A DNA stretch of 64,000 nucleotides from Neocallimastix sp. 'constans' (GCA_050613775.1 JBODTK010000130.1:310001-374000), one strand, 5' to 3'. Counted from the stretch's first letter, positions 35,916 through 50,248 are shown. Translations and numbers: made by a program. Notes: generated from the letters alone by a model not told the origin.

Positions 35916-38857
35916 ATGAAAATAAGGAATATAAACAATTATTTAAAAATTATTAAATTATTATCAATTATACTCTCTCTTCCAATTAAAGTCTATGGGA
36001 ATGAAAATAAAACAATACATATATTAACAAAAGTGCCTGATATACCTCTGACTTTAGGAGAGGCATGGCAATATGAATATGAATCTAAGATTAATACCTA
36101 TTTTTCAGAAATGAAAAAAAATAATTCTGACCTTCAGGATTATAACTTATCATTTTTATTTTATAACTATGTTACATCGAGTGCCTATTCGAACGGGGCA
36201 TTTTTGCTCTATTCTATTGATATTATGGAAGGTTGGGTCAATGGCGATTATGATTTAATGATTTTTGATGATCGATTTTTATTTAGTGAGATGTCATTCA
36301 TGGAATCCGATTGGGTAGAATATTATTTAAACTGTCGGAAACCCTCTATAGAATTATTGACAGATATTACGGATTATGTGAAGGATAAGGATCTCAGCTA
36401 TCATGATCCCAAAATTTTAAGTAATGGTAAATATGATGATAGAATTTATGGACTGCCCTATGAAATCGATTTTAATCTCCTATATTACAGTGATGAAAAT
36501 TTAAAAGCAAAAGAAATAGCAGAAACTCTACCCAATAATACATGGGATGATGTATTGCAAAAAATGGATCTATTAGAAGATTCATTACAAATAGCTCTTG
36601 GAGATGATATGGCATTGTTAGATTTTTTTGCAGAATATACCAACACTTATTATAACACCACCAAAGAATATGATCCTAAATATTATAAATTATTTTATAA
36701 TGAAACAGGGGAAGATTTATTCATTTCCTTTCGTCATTTTTTGTCCACAATAACTGGAGTCAATGAAAAAAGAGTAGAAAAATTAGTTGATAAAGAAAAA
36801 ATTTATAATTATCTTTTCCAAATAATTGGAAATTCCGTTTTTTTATCTCTTGATGATGCCTATAGTGATTTTATGAAGAATAAATCGATATTTTATAGAG
36901 GGAAAGCTTCTAATTATCCTATTTTTCGATTAAATAATAATAATAATAATACCATAAATAATAATACCATAGATAATAATACCATAGATAATAATGATAA
37001 TGATGATAATACTATAAATAATAATGATAATGATGATAATACTATAGATGATAATGATAATGATGATAATATCATAGATAATAATGATAATAATAATAAT
37101 ACCATAAATAATAATGATAATGATGATAATACCATAGATAATAATGATAATGATGATAACTATAGTGATATAAAAATGGTTTTACCACCGAAAGGAATAA
37201 CTTCAATAACAGGAAAATATTTAGTGGTAAATAAAAATAGTATAAAAGATAAAAAAATTTTAGCCGAAATTGCCTATCTTCTGACATCAAAAGAAATGCA
37301 AATTTTTAAAGGAAATCATTTTGGAAGTATACCCACTTTCGATATAAAGGATAAAAAAAATAAAGATCCGGACATCTCTTCCTATTGTCAATCACATACA
37401 AATATCTGTACTATCATTGAAAAAATGAAACCTTTTTATCTCAAAGAGATGTATGTATCTAAACTCAGTTCACCTCTATACGAAATTTTTGCGGTTTTAC
37501 CATCTCTCATGAGAAAATATTATTTATTTCAAGATGATTTAAATTATATCCAATTTCTTTTCCAAAACATTCATGAGTTAATTACTGAACAGTTGGGAAT
37601 CTATAAAGTTATAGGATATATAATTACAAGTGTACTCTCCATAATTATTTTTGTTATGATGTATTTTGTTTATTATTATAGAGATAACCCTTACCTTCGA
37701 GTCATCTCCCCAAAATTTATTAATTTGATTGTTTTAGGATGCAATATGAATATGATAAAAATTCTACAATATCTTCCTCCTTACACGACCTTTAAAGCCA
37801 AATTCTTTTTTATGTATAATACCCTCTGTATTGGTTTAATTTATATTCCAATGCTTGCAGTTACATATCGTATATATATGATCTATGAAACAAAATCATT
37901 TAACACTGGATTTTTAAGTGATCGAGCACTATTTATAATAATCTTCGTATTTATATGCATACCTCTTATATATAACCTCTTTGTGTGTATATTTGTTGAA
38001 TTTTTTTATATGCCATTTGGTAGTCTTAAGAGTCCACGATTTCCTGAGGTACTATATGAAAACTATGAGTTACTTAAAGGAATATATGATGGTTACTTCT
38101 ATATAATCGTAAGTTTTATATATATTATATATATATTAATTTATATAATATAATAAAATAAAATAGAACAATTATTTCTTTTTTTTTTTTTTTTTTTTTT
38201 ACTTACATACGAATATTAAAAAATGAAAAAAAATTAAAAAAAGTTAATAAAAATGATGGTTTTCGTAATTTTAATAAATCTATATACTACTAGTTATATA
38301 CTAACAAACAATCATTTTATTATTTTTACTAATATTTATATTAAATATATATTATCAATATATATATTTATATATTTTATAAAAAAAAAAATTAATTAAT
38401 TAAAAAATATTATCTTCATTTATAGTTTATTCTATTAAATTTTATGATTATTACTACATCAAAATTCACAAAAAAATTTGGAGATATCTGCTTTATATAT
38501 ATTATTTTTGTTCTTAATATTTTAGATTACCTCTCGAAAATACTATTAGAAAAATTTCATCATCAAAATTATAAAAAATATTTCTTATTTATTATTTTAA
38601 TGAATAGTTTTATTACTTTTCTTTGCGTATATATTTTAGTAGGATCAAGAATCATTTTTATAAGATTTTATTATGGAAAATATAATTGCTTTAAGGAAGT
38701 GTTTTCCTCTAAAAATATAACAGAATTTATTCCACTGAAACGAAATAAGAAAAAACTTTTATTTTTAATGGAAAATGCTGAAATAAAAAAAAATAATGCA
38801 AGTAATAGTTTTGAAGGAGAAGAGACTATCAATTCTGTTTCAGTTCCTTTTAATTAA
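35916..38857 (+). CDS. Class C (GABA-B-like) 7TM receptor with N-terminal solute-binding-protein-like ectodomain, ~874 aa; exons 35916-38108 and 38426-38857
   Basis: Signal peptide; SBP-like YDLMIFD and GKYDDRIYGLPYEIDFNLLYY, GKYLVVNK and GSIPT; seven hydrophobic segments with class C-like RVISPKF..LI..G and YRIY. A phase-0 GTAAGT...TAG intron joins ORF 35916 to ORF 38444 in frame. Confidence 0.85.
36930..37160 (+). repeat. In-frame 30-bp coding repeat (NNDNDDNTID-like) inside the receptor ectodomain
   Basis: ATAATGATAATGATGATAATACCATAGATA-like units; reading frame preserved. Confidence 0.9.
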
Positions 38858-38988
38858 TATAAAAAAATGTATAGATTATATAAACAAACTCTAATTATAT
38901 TATTGTTATTATTAAATCAATATAGAAACAAATCAAAAAATTAAATTAAATTATAATATAGTAAATATTATATATTTACTATATGAAC

Positions 38989-39034
<46 letters not shown>

Positions 39035-39640
39035 ATAACATACAATATTATATATAATATTAAAGTATATATATATATATATATATATTTTTTTAAAAAA
39101 AAAATATCTAAATTTTTAATTTAATTAAAAATAATACTTATAAACAAAAAGAAATAATAATAGATAATAAAGTACACTTAATGAAAAAAATAATAATAGA
39201 TCATAATGATAATTGAATTTTTTTATTTATTTATTTATTTATTTATTTAAAGAATACTTACTATCAAGCAAAAATATACAAAGAGATTATATACATAATG
39301 AAAATAAATTATAAAAATTTTCAAAATTTATTCTTTTATATTAATATATGTCGCTAGTTTTTGTAATAATTAATTATAATAATTATAATGTTATAGTAAT
39401 AAAAATTTTTTTTTAAAAAAAAAAAAATTTATTACTATAAGAAATTTTGAAGGTAATGTAACTATAAAAATATATATATATATTAAGACTATTAATTTAT
39501 ATATATTAACAGAAAAAAAATACTATAATAAAAAAAATTAATAGATTAATAAGAAAAAAAATTATAAAACTATTTAATTTTTTATATAATAATGAAAATC
39601 CATTAAATCATATTAAAACTTTTTAATTATGTATTAAATA

Positions 39641-39674
<34 letters not shown>

Positions 39675-40041
39675 ATGTTACTAAATAAATAAATAAATAA
39701 TAAAATAAAAACTACCCAAGTATGAAATAGATAAAATAAAAATTAATGATTATAATATAAATAAATTAATAAAAAAAATTTAAAAATTATATATAATTAA
39801 ATATATTATTATTAGAATTATTAATAATTAATATCTATTGATAAAAGCATATTTATAAATTTAAATTATATTTATATTTAAAACCGAATGCTTTGATTTT
39901 TATTATAATTTAATAATAAATTATTATTAATAAATAATAAGATTATTTACTCTAAAACTTTAATTTTTTTTTCCGAAAAAAATTATATATAATATATATA
40001 TATATATTTATAGTGAAAGTACTGAAGTAACTTTTAATGTT

Positions 40042-40073
<32 letters not shown>

Positions 40074-40629
40074 TTATTAAATTCTATATTTCAATTTATA
40101 ATTTTTTTTATATATTAAAACTTTTTATTTATTTATTATAAATACATAAATTATTTCTTATATAAATGTATATTTTTATTAAATAAAAAAAATTTTTATT
40201 TTATATCTATTTTATTGAAATTTGTTTTTAATTGTGGTACATCTTTTTTGCTTTCTATAATTTTTTAATTATTTTATAGTATTTTAAGTATTATTTTCTT
40301 TCGGAGAGATAGATAATTATAATATTTCATATTTATTTCAATCTCTATTTTTAAAGGACTGAAGAAATAAAATTTTATTATTTTTACAGTATGTTATTTG
40401 ATATATATATAGAAATTTTTTTTTGTAATTATTAACTTTTTAATAAATATATTATATGAAATTAAATTATTGTTGAGTAATGATTTTAATGTAATATTTT
40501 ATAAATTTTCATTTCTATGAAAAATTGTTATGTATAAAATTCCTTAAAATAGTATTTATAAGTATATATTGTAATAACAAAAAAAAAATTTTTTTTGTTT
40601 TTTTATCCTATCCATTCCTCTCAGGATTT

Positions 40630-41692
40630 CTAAATATTACTCTTTCGTTTAGAAGTTCCACTCTCATTATTTTTTGAACTATCTTTAATGATACTACCAA
40701 ATTTTTGTCCCTGTATATCAATACCTTCACATAATTCTTCAGCGAAAGCAGAAGTTACTATGTAATAATAAATCTTATATTTTTTTTAATAGTAACAATA
40801 ATACAAATATGGATTAATAATCTCTATTTTATTATTTTTTATAAAATTATATAAAAATTTATAATCCTACCATTATACCTAATGTAAGGATATGAAGAAC
40901 GATCTTAATATAGAAAGTTTTCTTTAACATTGATTTAATTTCATCATCTTCTAATTCAGTATCAGGATGATCTTCTAAATAGTAGTAGAGATAGACAGTA
41001 TATAAATTGTAACTTTCACGATAGCAATCACCAAATATTATGGTAATAAAATTACAACAGAAACATGAGAGTGAAAAGAATATATAAACAGCAAAAATTG
41101 TTGAAATTTGCTTAATCATAATCTTATGATTCTATATAATATATTATATTTATCATTAATCCATTTTATATATATATATATATATATAAATTAATTAATT
41201 AGCAAATATATTATTTTATTAAGATAGTTTAAATTTATTCATATAATTAATTTGTCTATTTTATTCATAATAGGTATTATTCAACTTACAATTATTAAAC
41301 CAATAATGAAAACAACAAGTGAAATTATAACACATACACCAAATATAAGAGCAACATGTAATAGAAATTGACCAATTTCTTCATATATCATTATATTTAA
41401 AAAGTAGGAACCAACACATATTCCCTTTTTATTTTTTTTTTTTTTTTTTATTTAAAGAAAAAAAATAAAATAATAACAAAATAAGTAAAATATGAACAAT
41501 AATAACAATAATAATATTTTTTTTTATTGATTTGTATTTTATAAAAGTATCCATTAATGTTATATTTAAAACTTCTAATTTTATTTAAATTAATTAGTAA
41601 CTTACTAGCATTATAATAGAAGTTATCAGCGCTGATAACTTCGGTGATAAAAAGAAAAAGAATATGCATTTTTTATGATAATTAGATTCCAT
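40630..41692 (-). CDS. Four-transmembrane protein of unknown function, ~208 aa; exons 41692-41606, 41424-41290, 41131-40871, 40773-40630
   Basis: Three phase-0 GT-AG introns join MESNYHKKCIFFFFLSPKLSALITSIIML / GICVGSYFL...FIIGLII / NHKIMIKQ...LTLGIM / IYYYIVTSAFAEEL...KRKSNI-stop without stops. Four hydrophobic segments. Confidence 0.75.
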
Positions 41693-42000
41693 TTTTTTTT
41701 TCTATTATTAAATAAAAAATAAAAAGTAAAATTATTAAATTATTTTTATTAACTATTATCTTCTAATAATTTGATATATTTACAATTTGATATATTTACA
41801 AATTAATATATTTACAAATTGATATATATACAATTTTATTTTATTAAAAATAAAGAAAATTTTAAATATATTATTAGGATATATTACCGATATATATATT
41901 AATATATAAAATATTTTTATATATATCGGTAATTATATAATAAATTTATATTATAAAAATGCTAATTGTTAATATATTATTCCATAAATTCTGCTTTCCA

Positions 42001-42043
<43 letters not shown>

Positions 42044-42135
42044 TATATAATTATGAAAGTTTTTGTTATATAATTTATATATAAAACTATATTAATTATA
42101 AATTTTTACCTAATAATAAAAGACTTTTAATTTCT

Positions 42136-42167
<32 letters not shown>

Positions 42168-42350
42168 CTTTATACTAAAATCTAAAATAAAATTTAATTT
42201 AATAATAATTTTTTTTTTTTTATTTTTAATTTATTATATATAAAAAAAAATATTTATTATATTTTATAACATAAAATCATTAATTGTAATTTTTTTTTCT
42301 ATATTATTTATTTAATTTTTTTTTAAGGTTATAATAAAATAGTTTTTTAT

Positions 42351-43330
42351 GAGGATCATGCATTTCATGAGAGTTGTATTTCTCCAGGTTGCATTTCGTC
42401 AAGTGACATATTGATATAAATAAATGAATGAATAAATAAATAAAAATTCAAAATTTTTAATCTTGTTTTTATTATATTTAATAATTCAAAATAATTTTTT
42501 TAAACTTGTTTTTATTATATTTAATAATTAATTATAGATATTTTTTAATATTTTGTAAAATAGTAATAAAATAATTATTTATAATATTTAATTATAAAAA
42601 TATATTTAATTATAAAAATATATTTAATTATAAAAATATATTTTAAATATTTTTTAAAAAATAATATTATAATAACGATATTTTAATTATAAAAATATAT
42701 TTTTAAAATAACAATTTTAATGTTCTTGAGCTAACCTAATCCAATAAAGATTAAAAATACTTTAATCATTATTGTATTTATTCATTTATTCTCTTTTTAA
42801 AATAATTTTTACTATTAAACAATTATTATTATATATGACAGAATTCGTTTGGTCAATTTCTTACATTTCTTAATAATTTATTATTTAATCAATAATTCTA
42901 ATACTTTAAATCATTTAAGCATTTCAACCATAATTCAATGAAATCATTTCAAACACTTTCCTTTTTTTTTTAATAGAATTTCCATTTTTTTGTAATATTT
43001 AATTATATCTTTGATTTTCTCAGTCAGTATTAATTTTTTTTATCTTTAATTTTTTTTTTTTTTACAATTAATTTAGCTGTTTCAAATTTATTTTCAAGAT
43101 GATTATGTGAGTCATCGTATTCTAAGATTTGATTCTCATTGTTTAAAATAATAAAAGATGGACATTTATTTAATGTTTTATATTCAGTACATTTATTTTT
43201 TTTTTTTTTTTGAATTGTCTTTCCTTTTAGAGGAAAGATTAAACTTATATTTTCTGTTTAAAATAATTTGTTCTTTTCCTCTATTAGTTTTGCTTATTCC
43301 AATTTCTTGATTTTTCACTATTTTTTTTTA
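42351..43330 (-). mobile_element. Internally deleted MULE remnant
   Basis: Terminus GAGGATCATGCATTTC at 42351 followed by GTTGCATTTCG-type subrepeats. The minus strand carries the transposase N-terminus (TNRGKEQII..CTEYKTLNKC..HNH) joined directly to its C-terminus (IKDIIKYYKKME..FIELWLKCLNDL). Confidence 0.75.
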
Positions 43331-43920
43331 ATAAAAAGTTTCTAATTAAATATTTTAATGATTAATTTTAATAATATATATTTTTAATTATATATATTTT
43401 AAATGATGATTAATTACTCAAATCTTATTTTTTCAATTCTTATTTATTTTAAATAATTCCTTTTTTTTTTTAGTGTAACTGATAAAGTATTTATGTGATT
43501 ATTATATTTTTTAATATATAAAGTATAAAAATTTTTATATTATAATTTTATATATATTTATTTAATAATTATTATTATTTTCATTGTTATTATAAAAATA
43601 TTAATATTGATGTTTCTGTAATTATTGCTTCAGTTTATATTAATTATGTATTATTTATTATATATTATTTATTATTAATTTATAACATAAAATGCTATGA
43701 AAAAATTTTTTTTGTTTTTTCTAAAGTAGTTAAATATTATTTTTATTAATTCATTTTCATATATATTTGTAAATAACAATAATTATTATTTATAATTTTA
43801 ATCGTCATTATTATTATTAATGGAATTCTTTTAATAATTATTATTATACTGTTTATATTATTATTTTATTATTATTATTTATTATTTATCAATTATTTAT
43901 TATTTATTTAAATAGATATT

Positions 43921-44920
43921 TGTTAAGATATTTATATTTAAAAAATTTTTTTTTTTAATATTTAAATATTTACTTCAAAAATATAAATACATCAATATTA
44001 ATAATAATTTAATAGTTCTTATAAAATGTTTTATTATTAATTAAAGTTTATTTATTTATTAATATGATTAATTATAAATTGATAGTTAACTATTTAAATA
44101 ATTATTCATATTAATAAATAAATAAACTATCAATATACAATTTGAAAAATACATAAATATTTATACTGAATGTGGCTCATTAATAATACATTGAAAATCT
44201 TTACTTAATAATATAATGTATTTCAAATATAATGAAATAAATCAAATAGCGAGAATAATTTTAATAATGAAATAATTTAATATATTTTACACAACTAAAA
44301 TTAATTTAACACATATATAATAGATTTTAATATTCTAACATTCCCCCTCAGACCAGAATGTTTGCTTGTTAAAGATTTGGTCTGTGAACTTTGTCATTTT
44401 TGGTCCATTAAATTCTTTTGTTAATGGGTTGGCTAATATTTTTTCAGTATTGATATATTCTAAATTTATTCTTTTATTTTTAATATTGTCTTTATTGAAA
44501 TAAAATTTAATTTCTATGTGTTTTAATTTATTGTTGAGTTCACAGTTTTCTATAGTTGTTTTACTTGCTAAGTTGTCAGTAAATATTTTTTATTGGTTAT
44601 TTAATATTGAATAATTCATATAAAATATTTCTAGTCCATAAAACCTTTTTAGTACATTCAGTCGTAGCAATATATTTAGCCTCAGAGGTTGATGTCACAA
44701 CTACTGTTTGTTTTTTAGATTGCCAACATATTGGGTCATTGTTCATTAATATTATATAGCCTGAGGTAGATTTCCTATCCTTTGGGTCCCCAGAAAAATC
44801 TGCACCAGCCTCGGCAATAATATTTCCTTGTACTTTATATTTAATTTTATAATGTTTACTATAGTTTAAATATTCTAATATATTAATTACCATATGCCAG
44901 TCAGCCATAGTTGGATTCTG
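43921..44920 (-). mobile_element. Copia 3' remnant: RNase H, PPT and 3' LTR (~43921-44340, TG...CA)
   Basis: ORF 44597-44926 has DFSGDPKDRKSTSGY..WQSKKQ. The minus strand reads GAGGGGGAA then TGTTAGAA from 44340, and TGTTAAGA at 43921 provides the matching inverted end. Confidence 0.8.
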
Positions 44921-46056
44921 ATGCATTGTTTATTAAATGCTCTATATTTTCATAATAATTCCAATTATTAACATTATACTTAAGTAAATAATTTTTATTA
45001 AAATATTCTAAAAATTGTAGAAAATTATTATACTTTTTTTCTTGACAAATTCTTTTTATTGTAATATACATATCAAATATATAGTTAGGGTTTATAAACG
45101 GTAAGTTTGAAATAGCTTTATAATAAATATATACATAATTATTATTCTTCACTTCATGATAACATAATATATTTTTTTGTTTTTCTAATGATCTTTTGTA
45201 ATGCCAAACACAATATTTAATATTTATATTGGGAAAAACTTTTTTTGCGGCATTAGATATACCTTGTTCAAAATCACAATAAAAATTAATTGTAGTAATT
45301 AATGTATTAATCCTAAATTTATTTACATTTTTTTTTTTTATTTCTTTAAATAATGTTTCATATGTAGATTGTTTTTTATTTTTTAATATAGAAATGGAAG
45401 TAGTGTAAAACATATTAAATTCCCCAACATAAGTTCTTGTTATAAATAACTGATAACTAAATTTCGGTGCTGCATAAAATGTACCGTCCACAAATATATT
45501 TTTATGATAATTCGAAAATAAATATACTTGGAATGGTGATTGAAAGATTATTAAATCAGTATTTTTAAATATCATAAAATTTTCATTTCTTTTCGTTTTA
45601 TAATATTCTGATTCAATGGGAATATCATCAAAACTTTTTATGTTTGGAGGAAATTGTTTATTTATATTTCTTATTATTTGGGATCTAATTGTACTATATT
45701 CGGGACATATAAGTCCCATTTTCTTGAGAAACGGCATTAAATATATGTTTAGGTTTTATATCCATAGGAATTGAATTTATCTTAATTTCTTCCTTAATTT
45801 TATACTTTGCTACTGATATAGACACATCAATTTCTTTTTCGAGATGGTTATGTAAACTTTCATATTTTAAAACCTCCTTTTTATCATTTAAAATAATTAA
45901 AGATTTACATTTATTTAAAGTCTTATATTCAGTGCAACTATAAATTTTTGATTTATCTTTCCTTTGAAATGAAAAATTAAATTTGTGTTTTTTATTAATA
46001 ATTTGTTCATTTACTCGATTTGTTTCACTTATTTCAATTTCTATATTGCCTTCCAT
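44912..46056 (-). pseudogene. MULE transposase, frameshifted and 3'-truncated (fused to the copia remnant)
   Basis: ORFs 45694-46056 (CTEYKTLNKC..HNH zinc-finger-like domain) and 44901-45737 (FVDGTF, CDFE, CVWH, NNASES). Confidence 0.88.
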
Positions 46057-46237
46057 TGATAATTAAAATTTTTCAATAAAATATTTTAATAAATATACTT
46101 TTAAATGCTTTGAAACTTTTTTTTTTATTATTTAAAATAATAAACCTTTTTTTAATTAATTATATAATAATTTAAATAATTATTTAATTATTAATTATTT
46201 ATTATTTCTTTATTTACTATTTTATTTATTTATTTTA

Positions 46238-46269
<32 letters not shown>

Positions 46270-46505
46270 ATTTTATTTTATTTTTTAATGTTTAAAAAAA
46301 AAAAGTTTTCTTATTATTTTTATTTTATTTTTTAATGTTTAAAAAAAAAGTTTTCTTATCTCTTATTTTTTTTTTTATTTTTTAAGCATTAAAAAATAAA
46401 ATGTTTATTTATTTTTATTTTATTTTTCAATGCTTAATTTATATAATTATTTAATTATTAATTATTTATTATTTCTTTATTTACTATTTTATTTATTTAT
46501 TTTTA

Positions 46506-46576
<71 letters not shown>

Positions 46577-47009
46577 ATTTTTTGTTTTATTTTTTTTTTT
46601 ATTTTTTAATGCTTAAAAAATAAATTTTTATTTATTTTTATTTTATTTTTTAATGTTTAAAAAAAAAGTTTTCTTATTTCTTATTTTTATTTTATTTTTT
46701 AAGCATTAAAAAATAAAATGTTTATGTGAAAAACAAATTTATAAATCTAAGACAAACACTGTATTAATAAAAAACAATATAACAAAGTATTTTATGTTAT
46801 GAGTAATATTATAAAATGTTTATTAATAATTTTTATTATGAAGATATATACATTTTTATAAGAGATATTTTTACATTAAATTTATTTCATATTTTTATAT
46901 CATAGTTAACATTATTTAATTTACTTAGAGATTAATTATTGGTTGATATAAATTAATAATATAAATAAATGTATGTAACGATTTCGTCTCTAACAGTTTA
47001 TTTATTTTT

Positions 47010-47335
47010 GGGTATGGGGCATTTCGCCAAATTGCATTTCGCCAGATTGCATTTCGCCAATTTTTTTGAAAGCATGTGGCGTATTAAAAAAATGTGGCAT
47101 TTCGCCAAATTGAAAATTATTAAATAAATAAATAAATCAATAAATAAAATTAAATATTATTAATATCGCATAAAAAATTAATATTTATTTATTTATTCAT
47201 TTATTTATATCAATACTCTACTTGTCGAAATGCAACCTGGCGAAAAGCAACTTGGGGAAATGCAACATTGTTATACTACGCCACTTGTCAAAATACAACC
47301 TGGCGAAATGCAATTTGGGGAAATGCAACTCTCCC
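47010..47335. mobile_element. 326-bp MULE-derived MITE with 9-bp TSD TTTATTTTT
   Basis: Ends GGGTATGGGGCATTTCG and (reverse complement) GGGAGAGTTGCATTTCC; 15-bp TTGCATTTCGCCAAA-type subrepeats at both ends. TSD at 47001-47009 and 47336-47344. Confidence 0.88.
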
Positions 47336-47383
47336 TTTATTTTTCAATGTTAAATAGAAATACCTAACCTAATTATTATCTAT

Positions 47384-47726
47384 TAAAGTGTTGTATTTCG
47401 CTAAAAGTTGAATTTCGCCAAATTCTTGGTGGCTTATAAATTTACGTCATAAAATATCACCACAATTATTATTCACGCCGTATTGTGAATATATGGCTTT
47501 TTAAAAATGTAGAAAAAAGCCACAAAATTATGATGCAATTAGATATACGCCCCACGTAAGATTACGTGTTTGAAAATTTTTGAGAATTGTAATTTTATTT
47601 ATTTAATTAATTAATTATTATTCATTAAAATTTTAATAAAATTAAGTGGCTTAAAATTAAAAATATTTAAGCCATACAACAAAATACAAATTTTTGTAAT
47701 AAAAATTTTCGAAATGCACACTCCCC
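47384..47726. mobile_element. Second MULE-related MITE, or orphan termini
   Basis: Degenerate left end ...GTGTTGTATTTCG; right end (reverse complement) GGGGAGTGTGCATTTCG; several GTGGCTT/AAGCCA motifs. Flanks do not form a TSD. Confidence 0.55.
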
Positions 47727-47812
47727 GTAAAATAATTAAGTTAAACATTTGTAATTACCTATTTATAAAATCTTATAAATAAATAAATAAATAATAAATA
47801 ATAAAACAAACT

Positions 47813-47814
<2 letters not shown>

Positions 47815-47873
<59 letters not shown>
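47815..47873. repeat. (ATT)n microsatellite adjoining the 3' LTR of copia copy 2
   Basis: Directly visible. Confidence 0.9.
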
Positions 47874-47874
<1 letters not shown>

Positions 47875-50248
47875 GCTCTATTAATATTAGAATAAATTTA
47901 TTATACAGTAATTGTATAAAAGGTTAACAGAGAGTAAAATCATACACTAAACGTAACCTTTATATGATACATCATGTGATTTATAAATGTGATATAGTTT
48001 ACATAAAATAAATTAAAAATAAATTAAAAATGCATTAACATAGATTTATGTTATGCAAAACATGGAAAATTATAATAAATAAATAAATGAATAAAATAGA
48101 TAAATAAATGGGTAGTTCACACTCCCCCTCAAATTAGATTTATTTGTAAAAAATCTTTATTGTAAAATTTGAAATTTTTGTCCCATTTGTGTTTTTTGTT
48201 AATATATCTGCTAGCATATTATTGGTGTCTATATATTCTAATTTAACAATTTTCTTATCAATATTATCTTTATTAAAATGAAATCTAATGTCTATATGTT
48301 TTAATTTAGTATTTATTTCACCATTTTCTATCGTTGTTTTGCTCGCTAAATTATCTGTGTATATTGTAATTGTTTTATTATAATTTATTAATTCTTTTAA
48401 TATATTTCTTATCCATAAAATTTTCTTTAAATTTTCAGATGTACTTATGTATTCTGCCTCGGCAGTAGATGTAGCTACACAAGATTGTTTTTTAGAAATC
48501 CAACATATTGGTGAATTTCCCATCAGAATTATACCTCCAGAAGTAGATTTTCTGTCCTCTAAGTCACCTCCGAAGTCTGAATCAGTATAAGCTTTAATTT
48601 CTCCCATACCGTCGTATATAATTTTTAAATCTATGGTAGAATTAATATATTTGAATATATTAATTATTTTGTTCCAATCAGATATTGTGGGACATTCACA
48701 TTTTCTTGCGGCCTTATTAACTGCGAATGCTATATCGGATCTAGTGCATTTTGATAGGTAAATTAATGATCCTATCGCACTTTTGTAGGTCGTGATATTA
48801 AAAGGTTTTTTACTTTCTGATTTTATATTATCACCAGTGCATGGTGTATTTCTTTTTCTTGTGTTTTTATATTAAATTTATTTATAAGTTTTCTATAAAG
48901 CCCTTTTGAGAAATAATATATTTATTATTTTCTTTTTCCACTTTTATTCCTAATATACATTCTACAGGACCACAGATAGATACTTTAAATTTATTTTTTA
49001 TCTTTTTTATTATATTTGTAATAATTTTGTCTTCTCCTGCAATTATCATGTCGTCCACGTATAGTCCTATTATACATTTTGTTTTATTTTTGACGGAATA
49101 TTTAAATATGCATTTTTCAGATAAAATTTGTTTAAAACCTTGTTTTATTAAGAATTTTGTTATTGTTTTATTCCACTGTCTACCTGATTGTTTAAGTCCA
49201 TAAAGAACCTTGTTAAGTTTCCAATATCCCCTCCCAAAGTTGCTATCTCCTTTGGGAATGGTAGTGTAAATGTAACGATCCAATGGAGCATTGAGATATG
49301 CAGCTTTGATATCCAATTGGTAGACATTCCAACGAAATTTGGCGGATAGGGCAAAAATTAGTTTTAAACCATCAATATTAAGAGCAGGAGAATAAGTGAG
49401 TTCATAATCGATGCCATATTTTTGTTTAAATCCAGGGGCAACAAGTCGAGCTTTATATTTAATAATATTGTTGTTGGCATCTTTCTTAGTAGCAAAAACC
49501 CACTTGGTTGTTATAAGATTTTTATTTTTTAGAATATGTTTAACAAAAGTCATGATTTTGTTATTGTAAAGATTATTAAGTTCGTCGTTAATTGCATTGA
49601 TCCAATTTGATTTATTAGGACAATTAATAGCTTCGACATAGTTGTTTGGAGTATCCATGAAAACAGAAGCAATCATCTTATCAGTATTATAGTGATTATC
49701 TTTAAATAGAGAATTAGGATAAGAATTAGAAAAATCAGGAATTGAAGAACTACGTGGTCTTTTTCTTAATGGGTTAGAAGTAATTTCAGACATTTTAATA
49801 TCAGATTGAGAAGTATTATTTTTATTGGAAGAATCAGGCATATCTTAATCTCTATCATTAATTATAGAACTAATAATTGTGTGGTAGTATTCAGGTGAAT
49901 TAGATTCATGTTCCAGGCAAGATTTATGGTCGGGGATGAATTATTTTTAGAGTTATTAAGAGAAGAATTTTTAAAATTTTCAGTATTATTTTTAACAGCT
50001 TTAATCCCCTCCAAACTAGGACTATCATTAGTAAAAATTTTGTTATTAAAATGATTACATTGAGTACTATTAGTAGAAGCATTACTATTAAGATCATGAG
50101 AGTTGTCATTGTTATTAAGTAAAATAAGCTCACATAATTATTTTCATCATTTTGAAAAATTTTTTCATTAATAAAATTTTTGACATTTTTTGAAAATTTT
50201 TTCATTTCCATAGTATTATGATCATCATCAATATGTTTATATGAAATA

